Below, one piece after another: positions 42,520-52,546 of a DNA stretch of 64,000 nt (positions are counted from its first letter, which is position 1; each line of letters starts with the position of its first letter). The DNA is from Candidatus Izemoplasmatales bacterium. GTDB taxonomy: Bacteria; Bacillota_I; Bacilli_A; Izemoplasmatales; Hujiaoplasmataceae. The stretch covers positions 1,184,001 to 1,248,000 of the forward strand of contig JBMNEZ010000001.1 of assembly GCA_050949045.1 (NCBI GenBank). The letters are read 5' to 3'. The notes under the pieces are model-generated. The model ran no database searches and had not been told where the DNA came from. It saw nothing but the letters and a program-made list of their open reading frames with translations. Position numbers and translations under genes: made by a program.

Positions 42520-43373
42520 AGTTTATTCTCCATACTATTGAGATAACATAACAGCGTGTTCTCAAGCAGACATGCGATCGTCATTGGACCGACGCCTCCA
42601 GGAACGGGGGTTATGTGTCCCGCTACCATCGCCGCCTTTTCAAAGTCAACGTCCCCTTGAAGTTTGCCGTCGATTCGGGAAATGCCGACGTCGATAACAG
42701 TGGCGCCCGGTTTTATGTATGAATCATCGACCATTTTGGGTTTTCCGATGGCAACCACCAAAATATCGGCGGTGCGCGCAATCTCGGAAAGGTTAGCTGT
42801 CTTGCTGTGGCAAATTGTCACTGTACCGTTCGCTGCCAACAAAAGTGATACCATTGGTTTCCCGACGATTTGACTCCGCCCGATAACGACACAATTTTTT
42901 CCTTGAATGGGGATTCCATACTTATCCAATAACCGCATGACTCCGAGCGGTGTGCAAGGAACGAGATGAGGTTTTCCAATTGTCAGTTTTGCAACGTTGT
43001 TTGGTGTAAATCCATCAACGTCTTTGCTCGGAAAAATGCGAGCGATGATTTTGTCCTGATCCAAATGTTTGGGAATTGGAAGTTGCAATAATATCCCGTG
43101 GACATTCTTATCGGCATTCAGTTTGTCTATTAAGTCAATGATCTCCTCGTTTGAAACATTCTCATCCTTGCGGATGACGGTGCTTTTGATGTCCGCTTTT
43201 AGACAGGCTTTTTCTTTGCTTGAGACATATGTTTCGCTGGCGGGATCGTTGCCGATCAAGATAACGACCAAATGAGGGAGAACGCCGTTGATTTTGTAAA
43301 GTTGATCAACTTTGTTTTTAACTTTATTCCTGATTTCTTGCCCCAAGGCTTTTCCATCTAAGATTGCGACCAT
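42516..43373 (-). CDS. folD: Methylenetetrahydrofolate dehydrogenase/cyclohydrolase
   Basis: KDVDGF, PCTPLG, GRSQIVGKP, PVPGGVGPMT; start MVAILDG. Confidence 0.97.
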   Translation of the reverse strand: MVAILDGKALGQEIRNKVKNKVDQLYKINGVLPHLVVILIGNDPASETYVSSKEKACLKADIKSTVIRKDENVSNEEIIDLIDKLNADKNVHGILLQLPIPKHLDQDKIIARIFPSKDVDGFTPNNVAKLTIGKPHLVPCTPLGVMRLLDKYGIPIQGKNCVVIGRSQIVGKPMVSLLLAANGTVTICHSKTANLSEIARTADILVVAIGKPKMVDDSYIKPGATVIDVGISRIDGKLQGDVDFEKAAMVAGHITPVPGGVGPMTIACLLENTLLCYLNSMENKL

Positions 43374-43374
43374 A

Positions 43375-43896
43375 TCATTCACCCGTCTTGGAGTATATGT
43401 ATTGATCGAGGATCTCGCCATAATAGACGGTGTGGTTCGTTTTTGTAACCGAATAATAGCGATTTTTGATTCCCTGAGGTATTTTGCTTTGATCAAGCGT
43501 TTGTTTATAGATAACCTTGCATTCAAAATGAAGATCGGCTTCGCCGATAATCGGCGTCCTTATCTTTCGCCCTTTGACCGGGGTAAGGCCCAATTCTTTG
43601 AATTTGTCGTGTTCCCGCATCGATTTGAATCCGCAGAACTGAATTTCTTTGTTCATATCACTATACAAGGGGATACTAACGGTGAACTCGCCTGCCTTCT
43701 CAATTAAGTCATGGGTTGCGCGACAATCTCTGACTAAAACCAAAAACAACGGCTTGCCCCAAATAACCATGATTCCGCCCCAACCGATAACCATCGTGTT
43801 GAGTTTGCCTTGATAGCAGGTGTTTAAAAATAATCCCGGTGCTGTTTTTTCAAGAACCGCTCCTGCATAGTCGAAGACACCGATTTCCTTGTACAT
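43375..43896 (-). CDS. Flavin reductase-like protein
   Basis: NTMVIGWGG...FTVS...CGFKSMREHDK...HTVYYGEI. Confidence 0.85.
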   Translation of the reverse strand: MYKEIGVFDYAGAVLEKTAPGLFLNTCYQGKLNTMVIGWGGIMVIWGKPLFLVLVRDCRATHDLIEKAGEFTVSIPLYSDMNKEIQFCGFKSMREHDKFKELGLTPVKGRKIRTPIIGEADLHFECKVIYKQTLDQSKIPQGIKNRYYSVTKTNHTVYYGEILDQYIYSKTGE

Positions 43897-44059
43897 AGTA
43901 TTCTCCTTCTTTCATTATCAATTATATTATAGTCCATATCGCCGAAAAAGAAAATCAAGAAACGGAAAGTGTACCGAGTATAAATATTTATGCTTAATGG
44001 CGATATCGATGCAAATATGTGATAAAATGATATAAATCACAAAAACGAGGTGTTGAATC

Positions 44060-44905
44060 ATGGATATTGGAATTATTGGGCTCGGATTGATGGGCGGCTC
44101 CATAGCATATGCGCTCAAAGAAAAACACCGGATTTTTGCATATGACACCAATAATGACAGCCTTGATTATGCTCTTTCAAGCGGCGTGATCGACCAAATA
44201 TGTTTTTCCTTGCCTGTTTTGTTTAAAAAAGCCAATGTCTTTTTTGTTTGCTTGTATCCCTCCGCCGTCATTCAATTTTATCGGGACTACTGTCATCAAT
44301 TTCCCAAAGGTTCTTTATTGATTGACATCTCCGGAGTAAAAAAATCGTTGATCGAAGAGTTGACATCAATCATTGATGATCGTGTTGATTTCGTCTTTAC
44401 ACACCCGCTGGCGGGAAGCGAGAAAAGCGGAGTGGAGAACGCTTCTGCAAATCTGTTTCGTAACCAAAACCTGATCATCACCCCGACGGAGAAAAACAAA
44501 AAGCACAATCTTGAGTTGGTGGCCAGTCTTGGAGAAGAAGTAGGCTTCGACAAAATAACGTTCCTGTCCGCAGAAGAACATGACGAATTGATTGCTTTTA
44601 CTTCTCAACTCACTCACGTTGTTTCCTTAGCTTTGATGGATTGTGCTCCGAAAAAAAATGATATCGTTTCATACATCGGTGATTCGTTTCGTGAATTGAC
44701 GCGAATCGCGATGATCAATGAGGCTTTATGGGTTGATCTGTTCATTAGAAACGCCAAATTTCTCAATGAAAAAATAGATGATTTTATCAATTCTCTAAAC
44801 AAGTACAAACTTGCCATCGACAGTCGCGATGAAACGGCATTGAAAGAAATGATGCGTTCCGCAAAAACTGCTCGCATAGCTATTGAGCGGGGTTTAAAAG
44901 AATGA
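44060..44905 (+). CDS. tyrA: Prephenate dehydrogenase
   Basis: GLGLMGGS, HPLAGSE, HDELIAFTSQLTH, LTRIA. Confidence 0.93.
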   Translation: MDIGIIGLGLMGGSIAYALKEKHRIFAYDTNNDSLDYALSSGVIDQICFSLPVLFKKANVFFVCLYPSAVIQFYRDYCHQFPKGSLLIDISGVKKSLIEELTSIIDDRVDFVFTHPLAGSEKSGVENASANLFRNQNLIITPTEKNKKHNLELVASLGEEVGFDKITFLSAEEHDELIAFTSQLTHVVSLALMDCAPKKNDIVSYIGDSFRELTRIAMINEALWVDLFIRNAKFLNEKIDDFINSLNKYKLAIDSRDETALKEMMRSAKTARIAIERGLKE

Positions 44906-46167
44906 AGGCGATTATTCATCCTCGTCCTTTAAGTGGATCAATAACCATTCCCTCGTCCAAAAGCCAAACGCATAGAGCTATCATTGCGGCTTCTTTAGCC
45001 AAAGGCAAAAGTGTGATATCCAACATTAATTACAGCGATGATGTATTGGCAACTATCGGCACAATGAAAAAAATCGGCGCGAAATTTATCAAAAATCCCG
45101 GACAATTGATTATTAGCGGCTCCGGTCGCATCGTAATCAACGATGATAATTTCGTTGAATGCAACGAATCAGGCTCGACGCTTCGATTCGTGACGCCATT
45201 ATTTGCTTTAAGCAAGCAAAAGGTTGTGTTTACCGGCAAAAAATCCCTGTTTCAAAGACCGCTCGGAGTTTATGAGACCATTTTTAAACAGATGAATTTG
45301 CAATATCAAAAAAACGATGATTCGTTGATCGTCTCCGGCGAATTGTTGCCTGGAAAATATGAAATACCCGGCAACATCAGCAGCCAATTCATCTCCGGGA
45401 TGTTGTTTTCATTGCCACTTCTCAAAGAAGATTCAGAGCTTGTCATTCTCAAACCTTATGAATCCAAAGGCTATGTCGATATGACAATTGATGTCCTTGG
45501 TGCCGCTGGTATTATCATCACTCCGACTAAAGATGGATATTTTATCCAAGGCAATCAAACATACAAACCGATTAATTTGAGAATCGAGGGTGATTATTCC
45601 CAGATGGCGATATACGCAGTCATGGGCGTCCTTGGCAATGATATTTTTTGCCGAAACATGACTTATCCCTCGCTACAACCCGACAGCAAGATTGTTGACT
45701 TTATTAAAAGCGTCGGTGGTGAAGTTGAAATCAAAGATAACGGTATCCAATTTTTTAAATCAAAAACAACCGCCGCCATTTTCGATGTTTCACAATCTCC
45801 CGACATCGCTCCGGCACTGGCAATCCTAGCTGCTTTTTCAAAAGGAAAAAGCAGAATCACGAATGCTTATCGCCTGAAATATAAAGAATCCAATCGCCTG
45901 TTATCAATATATTCGACACTTAAAACGATTGGCGTTGAAGTTGATTTGAGCGAAGACGAGCTTATCATCGAAGGCATCGAAAAATACGCCGGCGCTCAAT
46001 TCGATTCATTCAACGATCACCGAATCGTTATGGCAGCCGCCGCATCTTCTGTTAGAAGCACAAAGCAAATCGTTATAAAAAATGCACAAACAGTAAACAA
46101 ATCTTATCCAGATTTTTTCTCCGATCTTGTGACATTGGGTGCCGTAATCGATTATATTGAGGAATAA
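44902..46167 (+). CDS. aroA: EPSP synthase
   Basis: SKSQTHR, ESGSTLRF, SSQFISG, KESNR, DHRIVM. Confidence 0.96.
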   Translation: MKAIIHPRPLSGSITIPSSKSQTHRAIIAASLAKGKSVISNINYSDDVLATIGTMKKIGAKFIKNPGQLIISGSGRIVINDDNFVECNESGSTLRFVTPLFALSKQKVVFTGKKSLFQRPLGVYETIFKQMNLQYQKNDDSLIVSGELLPGKYEIPGNISSQFISGMLFSLPLLKEDSELVILKPYESKGYVDMTIDVLGAAGIIITPTKDGYFIQGNQTYKPINLRIEGDYSQMAIYAVMGVLGNDIFCRNMTYPSLQPDSKIVDFIKSVGGEVEIKDNGIQFFKSKTTAAIFDVSQSPDIAPALAILAAFSKGKSRITNAYRLKYKESNRLLSIYSTLKTIGVEVDLSEDELIIEGIEKYAGAQFDSFNDHRIVMAAAASSVRSTKQIVIKNAQTVNKSYPDFFSDLVTLGAVIDYIEE

Positions 46168-46171
46168 GAAA

Positions 46172-47152
46172 ATGAAAGAGATTTCAATCAAAGCCAAGAC
46201 TTCCGTCTATCCGGTTATTATCCATCAAGGACTATTGAACAATATTTTGAATTATCTTGACCGCAACCAAAAATATGTGCTCATCCACGACGATTTGATT
46301 CCAGAAGCTTATGTGAGCAAGGTTGCCTGTGCCTGCGATGATCCTTTGGTTATTGCTTTTCCCGCCGGAGAAAAAAGCAAAACAGTCGAAACCCATCAGG
46401 AAATCGTCCGCAAAATGCTTGCGAATCTAATCAAAAAAGACGCCGTTATCATCGCTCTTGGCGGCGGAGTAACCGGCGATCTCGCCGGCTATGTGGCTTC
46501 GACCTATATGCGCGGAATAGCTTATATCCAAATTCCGACAAGTTTGTTGGCACAAATCGACTCTGCCATCGGTGGAAAGGTAGGCGTTGATTTCGCCGAT
46601 ACCAAAAATGTGCTCGGCTCGATTTATCCTCCAAAAATGGTCCTTGTCGATCCGCTGACTCTTTCCACCCTGCCCAAAAGACATTTTGCGAACGGGATGG
46701 CCGAAATGATCAAATATGGGATGATTGCCGATCGCGAGTTATTTGTCGCTCTTAAAGAAAACAATGTTATGGAGGTGCTTGAGTGGGCGATCCATCGTTC
46801 GATCGAAATCAAAAAATCTTTCGTCGAAAAAGACGAACAAGACGAAGGTGAAAGACGATTGCTCAACTTTGGCCATACATTTGGCCACGCGATCGAAACC
46901 TATTATAATTATGAAAAATACCTTCACGGAGAAGCCGTCGCCATCGGTATGGTCCGAATCATCCAAAACGATCAAATTAGAAAAGAACTGGTATCGGTGT
47001 TGAGAAAATATGATCTTCCCACCGAAGATCCGGTGAGTGTTGACGAATTAAAACCTTATATCTTAAAAGATAAAAAACACCGAGCCGGAAAAAATATTTA
47101 TGTTGATATCGAAGCGATCGGAAAAGCTTTTATCAAATCGCTAGACTTATAA
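46172..47152 (+). CDS. aroB: 3-dehydroquinate synthase
   Basis: GGGVTGD, DSAIGGK, NFGHTFGH, HGEAV. Confidence 0.96.
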   Translation: MKEISIKAKTSVYPVIIHQGLLNNILNYLDRNQKYVLIHDDLIPEAYVSKVACACDDPLVIAFPAGEKSKTVETHQEIVRKMLANLIKKDAVIIALGGGVTGDLAGYVASTYMRGIAYIQIPTSLLAQIDSAIGGKVGVDFADTKNVLGSIYPPKMVLVDPLTLSTLPKRHFANGMAEMIKYGMIADRELFVALKENNVMEVLEWAIHRSIEIKKSFVEKDEQDEGERRLLNFGHTFGHAIETYYNYEKYLHGEAVAIGMVRIIQNDQIRKELVSVLRKYDLPTEDPVSVDELKPYILKDKKHRAGKNIYVDIEAIGKAFIKSLDL

Positions 47153-47169
47153 AAAAGGTGGTATTAATA

Positions 47170-48267
47170 ATGAATACTATTGGCGAGCGCCTTAAAGCAA
47201 CCGTCTTTGGAGAATCCCACGGAGAGATGATCGGCATCGTGATCGATGGTCTCCCTTCCGGGATAACTCTTGACAAAAATCTAATTAATCAAAGGCTTCA
47301 AGAACGACGCCCCAAGCCGGGGCTTGGAACAACAAGAGTAGAACCTGATGAATACGCTATCTTGTCTGGATATTACAATGAAAAAACCACTGGCGCACCA
47401 TTATTCATCTCAGTCAAAAATCTAGATGTGAATTCATCCGATTATGAACGTCTCCAAAACACGCCAAGGCCATCACATGCCGACTATCCCGCTTTTCTAA
47501 AATATTCAGGAAACAATGATCCCCGCGGAGGCGGTGTTTTTTCCGGCCGTTTAACAGTCGTGCTTGTAATCTTAGGGGCAATTTGCGAGCAACTCCTTAA
47601 AAAAGCAAATATTTCCATATTTTCTCATTTGTTATCAATAAAAAATATAAAAGACACCTCTCTTGATCAGTTGTCTGTAAATGATGAATTTATGAAAACC
47701 GCTGAATTTGGTCGTTTTCCCGTTATCAACAAAGATATCGAGTCAAAATTGGCAGTTCTGATCGAAAATGCAAAAAAAAGCAATGACTCGCTTGGCGGTG
47801 TTATTGAATCAACGGTAATCGGCCTTCCGGTTGGCGTCGGCGAGCCGCTCTTTGGCTCGATTGAAAGTCGTTTGTCACAGCTATTATTTGCGGTCCCCGG
47901 AATTAAGGGTGTTGAGTTTGGATCCGGTTTCAAACTCGCCGAGATGACAGGAAGCGAAGCCAACGACCCCTACCGATATGAGAATGGCCGCATCGTCACC
48001 AAATCCAATCATAACGGCGGTGTCCTTGGGGGAATGTCGACCGGGATGCCGGTTATTCTCAGGGTTGCGGTCAAACCAACCCCTTCCATCGGCGTTACAC
48101 AACAAACCGTTAATCTAAAGACGGGAAAAAATACCACAATCGAAATTGGCGGGCGTCATGATCCCGCAATTGTCTTACGTGCCGTTCCAATAGTGAATGC
48201 TGTTCTTGCGTATGGTGTTTTGGATTTGTTGTTCCAGTATCATGAAAAGGATTGGCTGACTCCATAA
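47170..48267 (+). CDS. aroC: Chorismate synthase
   Basis: GESHG, RPSHAD, SGRLT, KPTPSI, GRHD. Confidence 0.96.
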   Translation: MNTIGERLKATVFGESHGEMIGIVIDGLPSGITLDKNLINQRLQERRPKPGLGTTRVEPDEYAILSGYYNEKTTGAPLFISVKNLDVNSSDYERLQNTPRPSHADYPAFLKYSGNNDPRGGGVFSGRLTVVLVILGAICEQLLKKANISIFSHLLSIKNIKDTSLDQLSVNDEFMKTAEFGRFPVINKDIESKLAVLIENAKKSNDSLGGVIESTVIGLPVGVGEPLFGSIESRLSQLLFAVPGIKGVEFGSGFKLAEMTGSEANDPYRYENGRIVTKSNHNGGVLGGMSTGMPVILRVAVKPTPSIGVTQQTVNLKTGKNTTIEIGGRHDPAIVLRAVPIVNAVLAYGVLDLLFQYHEKDWLTP

Positions 48268-49517
48268 TGTACGGTTTGCTTGGAGAATCCCTGTCTCATA
48301 GTTTTTCTCCTTTAATCCATGCCCTCTTTGGAAACAACTCATATCGCTTGTTTGAAACTAGTGATCTCAAAACGTTTTTCGCCGAACGCAAATTCAAAGG
48401 AATCAATGTCACAATTCCCTATAAAAAGGTCGTCGCTCAATATTTGGATGAAATTGGTCCGATTGCTATGAGAACGGGAAGCATCAATACGATCATCAAT
48501 AGAAACGGCAAACTTATCGGCGAGGATACTGATTATTTCGGATTGCGGTATCTTATCGATTATTATTCCGTTCCCGTCAGCGGCAAGACAATTCTAATCC
48601 TTGGCAATGGCGGTGCGGCCCAAACAGTAGAGTGCCTTATGAAAGACCTTGAGGCGTCGTCTGTTAATAAACTCTCTAGAACTCCCAAAGCAAGCAATGA
48701 TTTCTATTTCACAGATTACCAAAAAGTTTGCGATTGCGATATCATCATCAATACAACACCTGTCGGGATGTTTCCCCACAATGATGATCCGTTATTGATC
48801 AATATTCATAACTTCCCAAGACCAAAAACCTACATTGACCTGATTTACAATCCGCTTCGCACCTCTTTGTTTCTCGAAGCCCAAAACAACGGTATTTCAT
48901 CTTACAACGGCTTTCTGATGCTGGTAGCACAAGCGAAAACTGCTCACGATCTTTTTTTCGACAAGAAAACGCCGATATCAGAAATCTCTCGTGTGTATCA
49001 CGCTTTGACGAGGAAAATGACAAATTTGGTGTTCATCGGAATGCCGCTCAGCGGCAAGTCGTTATATGCCCGCATGCTGAACGGCAAATACCATAAACGT
49101 CTCGTTGACACCGATCAAGAAATCGAAGCCGCGGAAAACATGACGATCACTGAGCTTTTCCGGCAAAAAGGGGAGCGCTACTTCCGCGAACGGGAGTTTG
49201 ATTTCATCAAATCAATTTATAAATCCCACGGGCTTATGATCTCGACCGGCGGCGGAATGATTCAAAATCCAGAATTGATGAATCTGCTCAGGCAAAACGG
49301 ATTGCTGATATTCATCGATCGGGAAAAAGAAGACCTTGCCCAGAAACAGCTCAAAAACCGTCCGCTCATTGCTAGCGTAGAAGATCTGTTTCGTCTGTAT
49401 GAAAAGCGTCATCCCTTATATGAGAAATACGCTGACATTGTTGTCAAAATCCCTCCGGGCGATCAATATCATCATGTTGAAATCGAGGCCAAAATCAATG
49501 AATATTTTAGTCGTTAA
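48267..49517 (+). CDS. Shikimate dehydrogenase-shikimate kinase fusion (AroE-AroK)
   Basis: SHSFSP, NVTIPYK, GNGGAA, NTTPVG; then GMPLSGKS, DTD, FRERE, TGGG. Confidence 0.9.
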   Translation: MYGLLGESLSHSFSPLIHALFGNNSYRLFETSDLKTFFAERKFKGINVTIPYKKVVAQYLDEIGPIAMRTGSINTIINRNGKLIGEDTDYFGLRYLIDYYSVPVSGKTILILGNGGAAQTVECLMKDLEASSVNKLSRTPKASNDFYFTDYQKVCDCDIIINTTPVGMFPHNDDPLLINIHNFPRPKTYIDLIYNPLRTSLFLEAQNNGISSYNGFLMLVAQAKTAHDLFFDKKTPISEISRVYHALTRKMTNLVFIGMPLSGKSLYARMLNGKYHKRLVDTDQEIEAAENMTITELFRQKGERYFREREFDFIKSIYKSHGLMISTGGGMIQNPELMNLLRQNGLLIFIDREKEDLAQKQLKNRPLIASVEDLFRLYEKRHPLYEKYADIVVKIPPGDQYHHVEIEAKINEYFSR

Positions 49518-49935
49518 CGGTCCAAACCTCAATTTGCTTGGCACAAGAGAAGTCAACGTCTATGGACACGAAACCTATCAGAATCTAGTGGATATGATCA
49601 ATGATCATGCCACTAAAAACAATTATTATGTGGAAATTTATCAATCGAATCACGAAGGCGGAATCATTGATATTATTCATGAGAATTTTCGCCGTTTTGA
49701 TGGTCTTGTTATCAATCCTGGAGCGTATTCGCATTATTCCTATGCAATCTATGATTGTCTGAAGGCAATCGATATTCCCGCAATCGAAGTCCATATTTCA
49801 AATATCGCAACCCGTGAACCCTTCCGGAAAAAACTAGTCACCAAAGCCGCTTGTCGGGCAATGATCAGCGGCCATGGCTTTAATGGCTATCTTGAAGCTA
49901 TTGATATGCTTATCAAAGGAGAGTGGAATCTATGA
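49498..49935 (+). CDS. aroQ: Type II 3-dehydroquinate dehydratase
   Basis: NGPNLNLLGTRE, NPGAYSH, EVHISN. Confidence 0.96.
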   Translation: MNILVVNGPNLNLLGTREVNVYGHETYQNLVDMINDHATKNNYYVEIYQSNHEGGIIDIIHENFRRFDGLVINPGAYSHYSYAIYDCLKAIDIPAIEVHISNIATREPFRKKLVTKAACRAMISGHGFNGYLEAIDMLIKGEWNL

Positions 49936-50948
49936 TCATTAAATTCAAAGAAAACACTTCTCGTAAGGATATCGAGCCCCTAAGGCAATCGTTGATTGAT
50001 CTTGGTTTTGCCATTCATGAAAGCGTTGGTGACACCATTACAATTTTTGGAATCGTCGGTGATACCAGTGCTTTTGATATCAATCGACTTTATGCCTATG
50101 AATTTGTCGATAGCGTCCTCAGAGTCCAAGAACCTTATAAACGCGTCAACCGCAAGTTCCATCCGGCCGATTCTGTCGTTGATGTCGCCGGTGTCAAAAT
50201 CGGAGGAAAGAACATCGTCATTATTGGCGGCCCCTGCGCAGTTGAATCAGAAGCGCAAATAGACACTATTGCCCCGTTGGTTGTTTCTGCCGGAGCGAAG
50301 ATCCTCCGCGCGGGTGCCTTCAAGCCCAGAACCAGCCCGTATTCGTTTCAGGGTTTGGGGGAAGCGGGTTTAACGATCTTGAAGTCGATTAGCGAGAAAT
50401 ACAAGGTGCCTGTTGTAAGCGAAGTCATGAGCCTTGAAGACCTTCCAGCTTTCATTGGCCGTGTCGGTTTTCTTCAAATCGGCGCGAGAAACATGCAAAA
50501 TTATCCGTTGCTTCGGGAAGTTGGAAAAACAAACATCCCCGTTCTTTTGAAACGGGGTTTGGCAAACACGATCGAAGAATGGTTGATGTCTGCCGAATAT
50601 ATTCTCTCAGAAGGGAATCAAAACGTCATATTGTGCGAACGCGGCATTAGGACTTTCGAACCTTCGACCCGGAATACACTTGATATTAGCGCTATTCCGG
50701 TACTAAAGAAATTAACGCATTTACCGGTGCTGGTTGATCCCTCACATGCTTCCGGAAAATGGGAATACGTCGAATCGTTGTCCAAAGCGGCAATCGCTGC
50801 CGGTTGTGACGGCTTGATTATCGAGGTCCATCACGAGCCCGAAAAAGCTTTTTCTGACGGCCAGCAATCTTTAAAACCCGAACGTTTCCGCAAGTTGATC
50901 GAAAATTGCCGCAAGATCGCGCTTGCGGTTGATAGAACGCTTGATTGA
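49932..50948 (+). CDS. aroF: DAHP synthase (type I-beta, N-terminal regulatory domain)
   Basis: GPCAVES, KPRTSPYSFQG, QIGARN, DPSH. Confidence 0.94.
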   Translation: MIIKFKENTSRKDIEPLRQSLIDLGFAIHESVGDTITIFGIVGDTSAFDINRLYAYEFVDSVLRVQEPYKRVNRKFHPADSVVDVAGVKIGGKNIVIIGGPCAVESEAQIDTIAPLVVSAGAKILRAGAFKPRTSPYSFQGLGEAGLTILKSISEKYKVPVVSEVMSLEDLPAFIGRVGFLQIGARNMQNYPLLREVGKTNIPVLLKRGLANTIEEWLMSAEYILSEGNQNVILCERGIRTFEPSTRNTLDISAIPVLKKLTHLPVLVDPSHASGKWEYVESLSKAAIAAGCDGLIIEVHHEPEKAFSDGQQSLKPERFRKLIENCRKIALAVDRTLD

Positions 50949-51022
50949 AAATAATCAATTTATTTTAGTGTAATGCTTTTTTGTTTATGGTTGTGATATA
51001 ATGCGTTTTAGAAGGGAAGGTG

Positions 51023-51244
51023 ATGTCATTGAAAGGATATGTAAAGTTTATTGATGGTCTGCCTTTGATTTTGAAAGTGATTTTGGCTTTACCGGGACTT
51101 GATGGCATTTTCTACGGCATCTATCGAATTGCCAAAGGTCGAGTAATTATCGGGATTTTGTGGATTATCCTCGGCTTCGCCATTTTGTGGATTATCGATA
51201 TCATCACGATCATTCTCAACGGAAAGGTTACGGTTTTAACTTAA
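51023..51244 (+). CDS. Small hydrophobic membrane protein
   Basis: ~73-aa ORF with its own TG-TATAAT promoter, purine-rich RBS and terminator. Confidence 0.7.
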   Translation: MSLKGYVKFIDGLPLILKVILALPGLDGIFYGIYRIAKGRVIIGILWIILGFAILWIIDIITIILNGKVTVLT

Positions 51245-51257
51245 AATCAAAGAGACC

Positions 51258-51290
51258 AAAAAAGGAATCCCGAGAGATTCCTTTTTCTTT
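51258..51290. terminator. Bidirectional terminator
   Basis: AAAAAGGAATC...GATTCCTTTTT. Confidence 0.75.
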
Positions 51291-51291
51291 G

Positions 51292-52527
51292 TCAAATATG
51301 TTTTTTCAGAATCGACACCAGTCTTGGTATCTCCTCGCGGTTTAGCGAACTGACCGCGATGCGGACTAGACCCTCCATAGGAATAACAAAAACGTGTTCA
51401 TTCACCAGATCCTGAAAGATGTTCTGGTTAGCAGTTTCGACACTAATAAAGAAACCGCCTAGATACGGCAGGGCCTTCAATCCCTGTTTTTCAGCTTCCT
51501 TGACAAAAATAGCGCTGCGCTGATTAAGCATTTTTCTGGCTTCGACAAGTTCGTTTTGAAATTTTTCCATATAGATTTTGTCAGAGAAAATCTTGCCGAT
51601 GATGTTCATTCCCGGTTGGCTGACGCTTGAGAATCGGCCTCTTACCGAATAGTCGCCGACACGAATAAAATGATCAATAATTTCTTTGGTTTTGCTGAGC
51701 CCGATCTGGGCGCCGATCCGGAACCCGTATAAGGAAAAGGTTTTAGATCCGGAAAAAATAATAACGGCAAGAATCTCGGGATCGAGATTTAATAAAGGCA
51801 AAAACATGTCTCTTGATTTATCAAAGTCTTTTTCTTGATAATCAAAATACGCAATGTCTTGAATGAGGATCACCGGAATATTGGTTTTTGAAATTTCATT
51901 CAAGGCGGCGACAACTTCGTGCCAATTCTCTGTTGTCATGCACAATCCGGTGGGGTTGTTGCAGGGATCGTTGAGCAAAACACAAAGGCGTCCTTGTTCT
52001 TTTGCAAGCTTTCTGGCTTTTTCCTTGAAGTCGGCGATATTGAAGTGGTTGTTCTCATCATACATTTTAAATTTATCAAGATCAATACCGGCCTCGAAAG
52101 CTATGTTTTCATAGGGTGTCCAGTAACGATTGGGCAAAAGCACTTTTTGGCCAAAATCATTAAAATTGTAAAAAGTATTGCTTATAGCTCCGCTGCCGCC
52201 GGTGGTGGGAATCACCGAGTAATGAAATTGTTCGCGAAACTGATCGCTGTGTCTTCCAAATACCCAGTTAAATATTCCTTCGCTATAAGCTTTGGTTCCC
52301 CTGGCGGGCGCATAGTGGTAGATTTCCGCATCGCTAAGACCATGCAACAAATCATCGACCACTTGATATTTGAAGATTTTGCCTTCCTCATGGTAAAGCA
52401 TACCGACGGTGGCGTCAATAACATCGCTGTATTTCATCTTCATTGCTTTTGCTTCCTGCGATATTTGCAAGATATTAGAGTATAACTTTTTGTTTTTCGC
52501 ATGTCTGCCAACGATGTTGCTATGCAT
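51292..52527 (-). CDS. PLP-dependent aminotransferase class I/II
   Basis: NDPCNNPTG, DIAY, SGSKTFSLYGFRIG; start MHSNIV. Confidence 0.9.
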   Translation of the reverse strand: MHSNIVGRHAKNKKLYSNILQISQEAKAMKMKYSDVIDATVGMLYHEEGKIFKYQVVDDLLHGLSDAEIYHYAPARGTKAYSEGIFNWVFGRHSDQFREQFHYSVIPTTGGSGAISNTFYNFNDFGQKVLLPNRYWTPYENIAFEAGIDLDKFKMYDENNHFNIADFKEKARKLAKEQGRLCVLLNDPCNNPTGLCMTTENWHEVVAALNEISKTNIPVILIQDIAYFDYQEKDFDKSRDMFLPLLNLDPEILAVIIFSGSKTFSLYGFRIGAQIGLSKTKEIIDHFIRVGDYSVRGRFSSVSQPGMNIIGKIFSDKIYMEKFQNELVEARKMLNQRSAIFVKEAEKQGLKALPYLGGFFISVETANQNIFQDLVNEHVFVIPMEGLVRIAVSSLNREEIPRLVSILKKHI

Positions 52528-52546
52528 TTTTCGCACCTTTTCTCCC

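Noticed and set aside
43374..43526. Long N-terminal extensions of folD (also pmbA, aroQ, umuC, aminotransferase)
   Set aside because: They overlap upstream genes or promoters; downstream starts with RBS match family N-termini
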